From: an uncultured Bacteroidia bacterium
Lineage (GTDB): Bacteria > Bacteroidota > Bacteroidia > JANWVE01
Direction: 5' to 3'
Assembly (NCBI GenBank): GCA_938028625.1
Contig: CALIZB010000066.1
Coordinates: forward strand, 1-32,110
DNA length: 32,110 bases
Shown: piece by piece, positions 17,660 to 26,675 of the stretch
Numbering within the stretch: position 1 is the stretch's first letter
Layout of the letters: each line of letters starts with the position of its first letter
Position numbers and translations under genes: made by a program
The notes under the pieces: model-generated
The model's input: the letters and a program-made list of their open reading frames with translations, nothing else
The model's database searches: none
What the model was told of the DNA's origin: nothing

Positions 17660-18451
17660 TTAATAGCACCAGCTATGATGTTCTTCAGTGATAAGGTCTT
17701 GTTTTACTTGTTCAGCTTCGGGTAGGTCTTTGGGAGATATATCTGCTACGTTTACAATAGTGCCACCAAACATACGCATTTCAAGAATTTCTTTAGTAGT
17801 TCTGAACTGTGCGTCATTATGAGAGTTTTTCCATACAGTTTCATGTAATACGGGGGCGAGTTCATCATAACGGAAAGCACAAAGAAGTTCAGGTTTTGCA
17901 CTTGGGTCATCAATAGACACTACATATATACAAATTACAAGCAAGTCATGAAATAGTTTGGACTTATTTTTGTCAAAAATTCTATCTTCAATAATTTCCA
18001 TATATCCAAGTTCACCTACCTTTGCAAAGGTAATACCCCCCATACGAACCAATATATCCTGAATTTCCTGATAGCTGCCAATGGGGCGTTTTAGGTCTGG
18101 GTCAAGGTAAGCAGTAACAGTTTTACTGATAATAGCATCTTCAATTACTTTAAGCATGTTAGCTCTGCCCTTGTTGTCATAAAGAGGTTTATTCCAGCCA
18201 CCTTTGTTTGCGGCAGTTAACTCATAAGGTTTTACCATAGGTTTATTCACTTTCTCACCAAAGGTTACACGAGTAATAAGCCTGTGGCGGATAAAATGGT
18301 CATCAACGCGAGGTACTTGGGGGAAGACATAAGGAATTTGAGGTCTTCCACCATCTTGGTCTTGTGCAAATAAAGAAAGTGCACCTACCATTACCATTGC
18401 TAATACTACGATTCTTTTTATCATATTTTTTCTGTAAAAAAGGTTTAACAT
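17660..18451 (-). CDS. gldN: Gliding-motility/T9SS protein GldN (PorN family), periplasmic. The alternative start ATG 18424 gives the signal peptide MIKRIVVLAMVMVGALSLFAQ.
   Basis: It is the fourth gene of the conserved gldK-L-M-N cluster, directly downstream of gldM. It has a cleavable signal peptide and a size of about 255-263 aa. I assign it by synteny rather than by motif recall. Confidence 0.6.
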   Translation of the reverse strand: MLNLFYRKNMIKRIVVLAMVMVGALSLFAQDQDGGRPQIPYVFPQVPRVDDHFIRHRLITRVTFGEKVNKPMVKPYELTAANKGGWNKPLYDNKGRANMLKVIEDAIISKTVTAYLDPDLKRPIGSYQEIQDILVRMGGITFAKVGELGYMEIIEDRIFDKNKSKLFHDLLVICIYVVSIDDPSAKPELLCAFRYDELAPVLHETVWKNSHNDAQFRTTKEILEMRMFGGTIVNVADISPKDLPEAEQVKQDLITEEHHSWCY

Positions 18452-18638
18452 TTATTTTTATTTTGACTTCTCAAAGAGAAGGATAGTTTCAAAGTTTTGG
18501 ATTTGTTTTATTTAAGTATGACTCTTAACCCTGTCTGGACTTAATCTTTGTTTTTCGTATCTTGATATTGCGTACAAAGTTACGTAAAATTGTATAAAAT
18601 TGCAAATTTTTGAAAAAATATTTTATTTTTTAATTTCC

Positions 18639-18664
18639 TGCTCTCCTGCATATACAGGAGAGCA
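18639..18664 (-). other. Perfect 10-bp hairpin (TGCTCTCCTG-catata-CAGGAGAGCA), 15 nt downstream of the gldM stop and inside the gldM-gldN intergenic spacer.
   Basis: Seen directly in the sequence. On the minus strand it is not followed by an immediate U-run (GGAAATTAAAAAATAAAATATTTTTT), so it is not a canonical terminator. It may be an intra-operon attenuator or an RNA-stability/processing element. Confidence 0.45.
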
Positions 18665-18679
18665 AGAAAAAAGAGAGAT

Positions 18680-20536
18680 TTATTTAGTTGTTAAGATAAT
18701 AGTTCTTTCCGCAAGAGAGAGTTCTATATTTTCACGGGATTGGCAACCTTGTCTGTACACTTCTTGAAGTTCAAGAGAAATACCGCTTCCAGAGGCCAAT
18801 GTACTTGCTGCGTTATACAAACCAACTTTACCCATAGAAGAGGTAGAAGGAGTAGAAGCTACAGCAGAAGAACCTTTATCCTGCCAGCCACCAATACCTT
18901 GTTTAGTTTGAATTTTTACTTTACTACAAGCGTAACGAGCGTCTTTTGGTAAGAACTGGGCAAAACTCTTGTCTGCTTCAATTAACAAAGTTACCTGGTT
19001 AAGTTGTTGTTTATCTAAGGGGGTACCAGGTGCTAATTCTTTATTATTACCAAGTAACCATTTGATAGTAGGTTTTGGAGGTGCAATAACACCCCATTCC
19101 TGATCACCAATGTTAATTACACCTGCAGGTGTGTTAGATTTTACATTTACAGTTGCTTTGTTACCAGGAGGAATGATAGTAACAGCACCTACGGGATTAG
19201 CAGCTTGTATAAGTTTAGCATTAGGAGAGCTAAAAATAGGAGAGTAAAACTCACGTAAGGCTGGAACTTCAATCACTACCTCATTACAGCAATTTCTGTA
19301 TAAATTATTAACAGACTGAGATTTTACAGAGATAGTAGGTTTTACGACTGTGTATTCATCTTTGAACTGAAGGGAAGTAGGTAAGCCTTTGGGGTCAATA
19401 TATTCTACTGTGCCAGAGATACCTGCTTTTTTCTCACCTTTTTCGTTAAATCCACCGCCTTGTACAATAGTACTATACTTACCTGCACCTTTTTCTACTT
19501 TTAGTACAGAGCCACCCATTTTGAAGACAGGATTAAAGTTTGAAGAAGTCTGAGGCACAAGTACAATATCTGCTTCGTATTTCATACCAGGTACAAGAAC
19601 CTTTGCGTTAGGTACAACTTTTACATCAAAACCTACAACTTTTACCTCTACGGTAGTTTCACCGGATAAAGGAGAAATGAAGTCAGATTCAAGTTGCCAT
19701 ACATCATTTGCGATACGGGTTAATTCTGCCACTGTAGTAGCCAATGGACTTCCTTCAAAGTTCCAATCCACCCAATCTTTCTGTGCAGATTTCTGAAGAG
19801 AATTGAATTCTGATTTAGACATACGTCCTGTATTCATTTTTTCTTCGGGAGTCTCAGCCATTAGGTGTGCCATACCTGTTTTTTTGTCAAATCTTTCATC
19901 TTTTTTACCTATGAGTGAATAAAGAGGCACTTCCACAATTTCTATGTCTTTTTTATCAGCAGTAGCACGTATGTCTTTTACTTTAACACTGTTTAAGAAT
20001 TTAACATAGTCATTCAATTTTTGCTGAAGTTTGTAACCTTCACCGCTTTTGCTTTCACCAGGTCCTTTAAGATAGCTGATAACTTTTTCTGTTTCCTTTA
20101 AGTTACCGTATTTTTGCTCGGGATCAGCATCTTCTTTATTTTCCATACCAGGCTTGTAACCGCATTTCATTTTTGTTTCTTTTTTCAGATTTTCAATATA
20201 GTTAATCACTTCTTCGGTTTTTTTGAATATTTGGTCTGCGACTTCTTTTCTGCTCATAGTAGCCTGATACTGCAAAGCACGTTTTCTGACATTAATATCT
20301 TTGTCGTCAGCTTTGGCGTCTTTGTCTGCGGCTACTTTTGCGGCAGCAGAGTCTATAGCTGCTCTCTGAGACTTGCTACGAAGTTTCAAAGCGCTTTCTG
20401 TATCCTCCATACTCGCATTGATAAGTCTTACTTTTTCCAGAATGGTATCAGAAATCTGTAAAGCCAGGAGTGCTGTAAGCACCAGGTACATCATCCCAAT
20501 CATCTTCTGGCGGGGCGTTTCTTTTCCTCCTGCCAT
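18680..20536 (-). CDS. gldM: Gliding-motility/T9SS protein GldM (PorM family).
   Basis: N-terminus 'MAGGKETPRQKMIGMMYLVLTALLALQIS' matches the characteristic GldM start (F. johnsoniae 'MAGGKLTPRQKMINLMYLVF…'). Single N-terminal TM helix, then a large periplasmic region. Position between gldL and gldN. Confidence 0.85.
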   Translation of the reverse strand: MAGGKETPRQKMIGMMYLVLTALLALQISDTILEKVRLINASMEDTESALKLRSKSQRAAIDSAAAKVAADKDAKADDKDINVRKRALQYQATMSRKEVADQIFKKTEEVINYIENLKKETKMKCGYKPGMENKEDADPEQKYGNLKETEKVISYLKGPGESKSGEGYKLQQKLNDYVKFLNSVKVKDIRATADKKDIEIVEVPLYSLIGKKDERFDKKTGMAHLMAETPEEKMNTGRMSKSEFNSLQKSAQKDWVDWNFEGSPLATTVAELTRIANDVWQLESDFISPLSGETTVEVKVVGFDVKVVPNAKVLVPGMKYEADIVLVPQTSSNFNPVFKMGGSVLKVEKGAGKYSTIVQGGGFNEKGEKKAGISGTVEYIDPKGLPTSLQFKDEYTVVKPTISVKSQSVNNLYRNCCNEVVIEVPALREFYSPIFSSPNAKLIQAANPVGAVTIIPPGNKATVNVKSNTPAGVINIGDQEWGVIAPPKPTIKWLLGNNKELAPGTPLDKQQLNQVTLLIEADKSFAQFLPKDARYACSKVKIQTKQGIGGWQDKGSSAVASTPSTSSMGKVGLYNAASTLASGSGISLELQEVYRQGCQSRENIELSLAERTIILTTK

Positions 20537-20613
20537 GTTATTAAATCTCCTTTCTTGTTATTATAGTTTATTGTTTAAAAATTCAGTTTATTAAATTTGT
20601 ATAATTTGCAGAA

Positions 20614-21501
20614 CTACGCTTTAGCGGCATTGCTCATTGAAGAAAGCATGCTACCATATACATTGTTCAGTAGGCTCATGTTACGTACAAGTTTAGCAAC
20701 CTCGTTTTTGTATGCTTCTGTTTCATCAGCAGCACCAGTAAGTTGGGTCATAGCGGTAGAAATTTTACCGTAGAACTCGTTCATGGTTTTAAGGTGAGAT
20801 TGAGCGTCTTTTACTTCAAGTTCATATACAGAGTTCAAAGCGGCAAGATTTTGAGTTACTTTTTGTACTTGTTCGTGGTAGGCTTTTGCATCTTTGACAG
20901 CAGAACCAAGTTCGTTAATAGCAGTTAAAGCACCAGAATAACTTTTGTTCATTTCTGCAATGTTAGTAGAAGCGGCTTTCATGTTGGTAGTGTAGCCATC
21001 AGAAACTTCTTTGATTTTTGCAGTAGCAGATTTGATTTCGTCAGAGAAACCTTTTGCGGCTACAGTTACATCAGCTACCTGATTAAGTTTAGTAGTGTTT
21101 TCTTTCAGAGCATTAAGAGAACCATGCAAACCATCAAAGAACTCTTTGCTCAAACGAGCATTATCTAATTCTTTTACGAAAGCGTTAAGCTTTTTGCCTG
21201 CATCACCAGAAATAGGTTCAATCATGTTGATGTCTACCTCAGCTTTTTCTTCGGTTGCTTTTCCGCCTGGGCGTAATTGTGGATATACTTTGGACCAATC
21301 CCAGTCTTCATTCGGGATACCCAAAAATGCAAAACCCAAGAAGATAATTGCTTCGGTAATCATTCCCACTTGAAGCATTGTACCTGCACCTGGCCAGTGC
21401 ATAAGTTTGAATAATGCTCCTAAGATTACGATAGATGCACCGATAGACGCTACTAGGTGCAAGATCAGGGCAGTGCCTGTTATTTTTTTTCCTCCAGCCA
21501 T
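20614..21501 (-). CDS. gldL: Gliding-motility/T9SS protein GldL (PorL family).
   Basis: N-terminus 'MAGGKKITGTALILHLVASIGASIVILGALFKLMHWPGAG…' has two TM helices containing the conserved 'GALFK(I/L)(T/M)H' core, followed by a cytoplasmic coiled-coil-like domain. Gene order K-L-M-N. Confidence 0.85.
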   Translation of the reverse strand: MAGGKKITGTALILHLVASIGASIVILGALFKLMHWPGAGTMLQVGMITEAIIFLGFAFLGIPNEDWDWSKVYPQLRPGGKATEEKAEVDINMIEPISGDAGKKLNAFVKELDNARLSKEFFDGLHGSLNALKENTTKLNQVADVTVAAKGFSDEIKSATAKIKEVSDGYTTNMKAASTNIAEMNKSYSGALTAINELGSAVKDAKAYHEQVQKVTQNLAALNSVYELEVKDAQSHLKTMNEFYGKISTAMTQLTGAADETEAYKNEVAKLVRNMSLLNNVYGSMLSSMSNAAKA

Positions 21502-21602
21502 ATTGATTTTATGATTTTAATTGATGATAAAAGAAGATTTATGTTTTTGTATTGTAGTCTAATTTTGAAAAATTTGTTTTTTTTGTTTCCTTCCTTCTAC
21601 AG

Positions 21603-21626
21603 AGGGTTGTCTGATAAAGCAACCCT
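21603..21626 (-). other. Perfect 7-bp hairpin (AGGGTTG-tctgataaag-CAACCCT) in the gldK-gldL intergenic spacer, 21 nt downstream of the gldK stop.
   Basis: Seen directly. No adjacent U-run on either strand. Candidate intra-operon RNA structure. Confidence 0.35.
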
Positions 21627-21646
21627 GCTGCGTAAGGAGTATGATT

Positions 21647-22825
21647 TTAATAAGTTACTGTTGTACGACCATATAAAGAACGACCTAACTGCGAAGTTAC
21701 ACAACGGAAACCTATAAAAGATTTAGAAGTGTCAGCAAATTCATAACTACGCGTACCTACACTAAGGAAGTAGGCTATGTCTTTCCATGAACCTCCGCGT
21801 ATTACTTTACGAGCCTCTTTGTCATTTTTGTAAATAGGGTTGTGGTCATGAGTAAGCTGATAAGCCGTTTCATGGAAACCATCTTCGCACCATTCAGACA
21901 CGTTGCCTGCTACGTTATAGATACCATATTCATTAGGAAAATAAGCATCTACATTACAGGTATATTCGAAATAGTCATCTACATAGTTGCCACGATTAGG
22001 TTTGAAGTTTGCAAGGAAACAACCTTTTTCATTACGGAGATAAGGTTGAATCCATGGATAAAGTTTATGGTCTAAACCACCTCTTGCGGCATATTCCCAT
22101 TCAGCTTCGGTTGGAAGACGAAATCTTGGAATAGGTGCCCTTTCTTTTGAGCGTCTGTAAGTATTGTAGTGAATGGTTCTCCAGTTACAGAATACTTTTG
22201 CAGCATACCAATTTACACCCACCACAGGATACTCGTCATAAGCAGGGTGCCAGAAATAGTTTTCTACCATAGGGTCATGGAAAGCATAAGAAAAATCTCT
22301 CTCCCAAGCAGATGTATCAGGATAACAATTTATCTCTTTTGTTCCTAATTCTTTCTCATCCTCTTTAATAGGCTTGTAAGTATACCCTTGGAATCTGCCC
22401 ATAAACTCAGGATAAGTAGTTTTGTATTTATAGATAACTATAGAGTCCTGAGAGTTTTGTGCAAGCTCAGACATTTTGTTTCCAAGACCCGAAGCATCAG
22501 GGTCCCCAGAACCATAGTGCAAAAGCTGAATAAACTGTCTGTACTCATTGTTCGTAATTTCAGTGTCATCCATATAAAAACTACTTACTGTTACTTGTCT
22601 TGCCATAGCAACCAAACTGCTGGGTACATCTTGCTCGTTATTACCCATGTGGAACTGACCACCCAATACTAGTACAGTACCATAAGGTGTAGGGTCATCC
22701 CAGTCAGGTCTGTCTAAAATACCAACCAGCTCACCACGATTTCGGTACTTCCCTAGTCCTCCGCCGCACCCTGAAAACCAGAAGGTTACAGCTAAGGCTA
22801 ATGTTATGATGATTATTCGTTTCAT
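21647..22825 (-). CDS. gldK: Gliding-motility/T9SS lipoprotein GldK (PorK family; FGE/SUMF1-like fold).
   Basis: Lipoprotein signal 'MKRIIIITLALAVTFWFSGC'. Formylglycine-generating-enzyme-like domain ('RGGSWKD', 'NVAGNVSEWCED', 'GFRCV'). First gene of the gldKLMN cluster. Confidence 0.85.
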   Translation of the reverse strand: MKRIIIITLALAVTFWFSGCGGGLGKYRNRGELVGILDRPDWDDPTPYGTVLVLGGQFHMGNNEQDVPSSLVAMARQVTVSSFYMDDTEITNNEYRQFIQLLHYGSGDPDASGLGNKMSELAQNSQDSIVIYKYKTTYPEFMGRFQGYTYKPIKEDEKELGTKEINCYPDTSAWERDFSYAFHDPMVENYFWHPAYDEYPVVGVNWYAAKVFCNWRTIHYNTYRRSKERAPIPRFRLPTEAEWEYAARGGLDHKLYPWIQPYLRNEKGCFLANFKPNRGNYVDDYFEYTCNVDAYFPNEYGIYNVAGNVSEWCEDGFHETAYQLTHDHNPIYKNDKEARKVIRGGSWKDIAYFLSVGTRSYEFADTSKSFIGFRCVTSQLGRSLYGRTTVTY

Positions 22826-23157
22826 ACTTTCCTATTTCAATTAAATTTTTTACTCTTTTTATACACAAATACAAAACTGCTAAACTTCATACAATTTTCC
22901 AAATAGAAATATAAAATTTATACAATTTTGTTTTCTAGTATAAGCCAAAGTAAATTGTATAGAATATACTTTAACTTATACCTATGCAAATTTATACATA
23001 TTTTTTCATTCCGTCAACTTTTTTCTTAAATTTTTTTTAAGGGATTTTTATTAAGTAGTTCATTTTCAACTAATTAAAAATTGTATAAGTATGCAAAAAA
23101 ATAATAAAAAATTCAATAACTGCAATTGCTCTCCTATTAAAGTTGTATTTTTACTGT

Positions 23158-23808
23158 ATGAAATTACAATTGGTTGTTTTTGATTTGGACGGTACTTTAT
23201 ACAATTCTACCAAATCTCATGAGATAGCTATGCAGAACTTGTTCAAACACTATAAGGCACAAAGAAAACCTAACAGAAAAGAAATTTATGCTATGGTAGG
23301 CGAACCCCCGGACAGCTTTCTCAACTGGGTACGTACTTTCGGAATAGAAAATGACGGTAAGCAAATTCTTAAAACGCTCAATCAGCTAGAAATAGAAGCT
23401 GTGCAAAAAACAGGAAAATTATATCCTAATGTAATAGAAATACTCGCATGGCTGAAAGCAAGGTATTATAAGATTGCTCTATGCACCAATGCGCCCGTAA
23501 ACTACTGGCAGACCGTTCTGGAATATTTTAATATCACAGATTATTTTGATGATGTACAGTCCCCATTAGATAAAACCCATACCAAAACTGTATTGCTTCA
23601 CAACATTATTCAAAAATATAAGAACCTCTACGGAGATGTATCCGCTTATATGATAGGGGACAGAAAACATGACATGATTGCCGCAAAAGAAAATCAGATA
23701 CGCGGCATAGGTGCTTTGTATGGCTTTGCCAAAGAAGAAGTAAAACAACATACAGACTATCTTATTTCAGACCTGCTGGAAATACAACAGATTATAGCCC
23801 CCCTTTAA
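23158..23808 (+). CDS. HAD-superfamily hydrolase (phosphatase; PGP/beta-PGM-like subfamily IA). The track ORF starts at TTG 23143.
   Basis: Motif I 'LVVFDLDGTLYNS' (DxDGT). A later 'GDRKHD' matches motif IV. Size about 216 aa. Confidence 0.75.
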   Translation: MKLQLVVFDLDGTLYNSTKSHEIAMQNLFKHYKAQRKPNRKEIYAMVGEPPDSFLNWVRTFGIENDGKQILKTLNQLEIEAVQKTGKLYPNVIEILAWLKARYYKIALCTNAPVNYWQTVLEYFNITDYFDDVQSPLDKTHTKTVLLHNIIQKYKNLYGDVSAYMIGDRKHDMIAAKENQIRGIGALYGFAKEEVKQHTDYLISDLLEIQQIIAPL

Positions 23809-23889
23809 GTACTACATAAACGTAATTGATAATTTTTTTAAGTACAATCTATACAGTATTTACCTATCTTTGTCATAAATTTATTCATT

Positions 23890-24957
23890 ATGAAAACCTC
23901 AGTTAAATCTTTTTTAATCTTTATTGTGAGTACTTTATTCTACACTCCTATTATAGGACAAATCACACTCCTTCCTGCTGATTTGCCTGCTATTGGAATA
24001 ACCTATCAGATGCTTAGAGATACTAATACTACTCTGCCCGTTGTAACCCCAGGAAATGCTACTGCACAAAACTGGGATTATTCTAATGCCTTCCCCAATA
24101 TCTGCGATACTATTACATGGAACTTTGTCGACAAAACTACTTTACCTGGGCATACTAACTTCCCCACAGCTACCATGGGATTTAACAATAAACAGGACAG
24201 CGTATACGTATATCTATACAATGATACTGATGGTTTATATGTAGATGGTAGTTATACATATTTTAGCCTTGCGCCCAATACAGCTATTGTACTAAACCCA
24301 AGAGAACTATTCCTACCCGTAAATTTTACTTATAATAGCACACGGACCCACTCTGCCAAATCCACAGTTTTTGCTACGGCCATGAGTTTTGATGTTAAAC
24401 TTGTAACTCGTATCACTTCCACTTTTACAGGTGATGCTTTTGGTTCGCTTAAAACCCCCACAGGCACTTATCCTGATGTACTCCGTATAAAAAGACAACG
24501 CATTCAACAAGATAGTATCTATGTAAAATTTGGTATGTTTTACGTTCCTTTCCAAAGCATCATTGATACCACTTTTAGTTATAGTTTTTATGAAAAAAAC
24601 CCAAATCATGCCCTCGTCTGCAATATAGACATGGACAGAGAAAACCCCAACAAATCCAAACGTGCTAGTTACAGCAGAACTCTCTCCGTAGGTATTCATG
24701 AAAAAAACAACAGTACTCCCCAGATTACAGCTTATCCCAATCCTGTTCAGGATTACCTCAATATCAGTCTTACCACGCTCCCCCATGCCCGTGATTTTAT
24801 CCTTTATGACCTTACAGGGAAAGAACTAATTAGAGAAGACATCAGCAACATGCAACATTTTTCCCTGTTTACAGGACACTTGTCACAAGGTATGTACACC
24901 TACCGTATTTTTGACAAAAACAACCAATGTATTGGATGGGGCAGATGTGTGCATTAA
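23890..24957 (+). CDS. Hypothetical T9SS cargo protein (signal peptide plus Por C-terminal sorting domain).
   Basis: Signal peptide MKTSVKSFLIFIVSTLFYTPIIGQ. The C-terminal about 80 aa, 'AYPNPVQDYLNISL…GMYTYRIF', fit the T9SS CTD pattern. No recognisable catalytic domain. Confidence 0.6.
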   Translation: MKTSVKSFLIFIVSTLFYTPIIGQITLLPADLPAIGITYQMLRDTNTTLPVVTPGNATAQNWDYSNAFPNICDTITWNFVDKTTLPGHTNFPTATMGFNNKQDSVYVYLYNDTDGLYVDGSYTYFSLAPNTAIVLNPRELFLPVNFTYNSTRTHSAKSTVFATAMSFDVKLVTRITSTFTGDAFGSLKTPTGTYPDVLRIKRQRIQQDSIYVKFGMFYVPFQSIIDTTFSYSFYEKNPNHALVCNIDMDRENPNKSKRASYSRTLSVGIHEKNNSTPQITAYPNPVQDYLNISLTTLPHARDFILYDLTGKELIREDISNMQHFSLFTGHLSQGMYTYRIFDKNNQCIGWGRCVH

Positions 24958-24982
24958 AAATGCTTGTTTAATTCCATAGTGT

Positions 24983-25014
24983 ACGTCCCGCAAAAATGCT
25001 GGACGTTTGCTTTT
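24983..25014 (+). terminator. Rho-independent terminator downstream of the 355-aa T9SS cargo gene.
   Basis: 6-bp GC-rich stem ACGTCC / GGACGT with a 12-nt loop, followed by TTTGCTTTT. Confidence 0.5.
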
Positions 25015-25093
25015 AGGGCGCGTCCCTTGCTGCGCGGCGAGTAACAAGGACACACCCAAAAAAGTCAAAATCTACGTGTGTAATCTCATTGGA

Positions 25094-26593
25094 TTAGTTA
25101 TCCGTTGGAGGTGTATCAGATTTATGTATTTCACTTTCATTTTGTATTTCTGTTTTTTTTGCGTTTATTTCATCTATATAGCTTTGATTTTCTTCAGGGT
25201 TCTCTTGATAAAACTGCAAAGCTATATCCAAAATCTGAATATTTTTAGTAGCTATACCCACATCTTTATAGATGTGTGCCGTAATTGTAGCCCAACCTTT
25301 ATGATTAGGTACTTTTTCTTTCATTCTATTTATTTCGTCTACTGCCATGAAAGCATCGCGCGTAGTCTGATATAATGCCCATGCGTAATATTCACCAATC
25401 CAAGCAATTTTATCAGAAATGGCATCTTTAAAGAGTTCCTGATACTGTTTAACTACTTCTGCATAGTTCTGCTGGTCAAAAGCCGTTTTGTAGTTTTCAA
25501 ACAACTGTTTTACTTTGAGATAATCTTCTTGTGAAGTGTTTTCGTAGTAAGAGAGCGCAAAATCATACCATTTTTTCCATACGGAGTAATGTCCTTTGAG
25601 TAGATTAAAACGTGGAGACTCTGTTATAGGCATATATTGTTTTAAGGTATCCCATATTTTGTCTTTGGTATTAGGGTGTTGCCATAATGCCCATAAATAA
25701 TGGTAAAGTTCTTCTTCGGAAGGATTAAGTTTAGCAAGATGCTGTTCAAAAAGTTGTGTAGCTTTAAGAAATTCGCCTTGTTTGTAAGCGGTCATGAATT
25801 GTTCTACTTTATTAGCACGTTCTTGAATAGCTCGCTGTATCATTTCTTGGGCTAAAGTAGCTTCAGACTTGTACGTGATATAAGAAGATATCCAACTACC
25901 ATTGCCATACGTAATCCAAGCTATATCAAAGCTGTTTTGCCAGTATTCACGAATGCTATCTTCAGGATAATAGTCAGATTTTTCAATTTCTTGAATAGTA
26001 ATACGAGGTTCTTTTTGACACAAGGCTACCCAACGATTAGCACCATACGCAAGATGTACAATAATCAATTTTTGCTCTTTGATATTTTTTACAAAATTGC
26101 TGTTAAGTTCTGATGTACTAAACCAAGCTACTTCTTGCTGTATACCCTTGGAAACCATCAATATCCAATAGCCGTTACCATACACCAACGAAGTAGGTTT
26201 ATAGCCTTCTTTGGCAGAGTCCTGAATACGTTTATCAGGAAACTCGGAGGTTACAAACATTTTTTGCTCTTTGAGCAATGTGCTTTTAGTCAACACAGTA
26301 ATCCACATACCTGTAAATTCCGCAGGCATGGGATACGCACACATACATGTAACCGCATAACCTTTACTTTGGTAGTCTGCAATTTTACCACTATCGGGGA
26401 ATTCTTTATTAGCAAGAATTACCTGGTCGCCCCAACCTGTGCCTTTTTCAAAAAGCAAATGAAATGTTCCTGCACCATAGCTTATTTGCGTAAGTGTATA
26501 ATTGTCTAACTTAGCACTACGAATAAAATCTTCGGCTTTTTTCCAATTATCACAAGTTTGAAAACTTTGTTGTGTTCTTTTTTCTGTTATCAT
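25094..26593 (-). CDS. Hypothetical cytoplasmic protein. The N-terminal half has about 5 degenerate 'YG(N/A)GxW' beta-type repeats; the C-terminal half is helical (TPR-like).
   Basis: Repeats 'ISYGAGTFHLLF', 'LVYGNGYWILMV', 'LAYGANRWVALC', 'ITYGNGSWISSY'. The C-terminus is rich in W/Y/A/L helices ('YYAWALYQTT', 'YHYLWALWQHP'). No signal peptide. Confidence 0.5.
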   Translation of the reverse strand: MITEKRTQQSFQTCDNWKKAEDFIRSAKLDNYTLTQISYGAGTFHLLFEKGTGWGDQVILANKEFPDSGKIADYQSKGYAVTCMCAYPMPAEFTGMWITVLTKSTLLKEQKMFVTSEFPDKRIQDSAKEGYKPTSLVYGNGYWILMVSKGIQQEVAWFSTSELNSNFVKNIKEQKLIIVHLAYGANRWVALCQKEPRITIQEIEKSDYYPEDSIREYWQNSFDIAWITYGNGSWISSYITYKSEATLAQEMIQRAIQERANKVEQFMTAYKQGEFLKATQLFEQHLAKLNPSEEELYHYLWALWQHPNTKDKIWDTLKQYMPITESPRFNLLKGHYSVWKKWYDFALSYYENTSQEDYLKVKQLFENYKTAFDQQNYAEVVKQYQELFKDAISDKIAWIGEYYAWALYQTTRDAFMAVDEINRMKEKVPNHKGWATITAHIYKDVGIATKNIQILDIALQFYQENPEENQSYIDEINAKKTEIQNESEIHKSDTPPTDN

Positions 26594-26675
26594 AAAACAA
26601 AAATAAAATATCTGTAAATACTAACAAGTGTTTTTTTATTTGATAGATGTATTTATTTAGTGTACTTTTGTGATT

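Noticed and set aside
17660-18451. Considered whether the 263-aa ORF downstream of gldM is something other than gldN, since it is shorter than the about 300 aa typical for GldN.
   Set aside because: The conserved K-L-M-N order, the signal peptide and the absence of any alternative ORF between gldM and the convergent MVP gene make gldN the most parsimonious call. Confidence is kept moderate (0.6).
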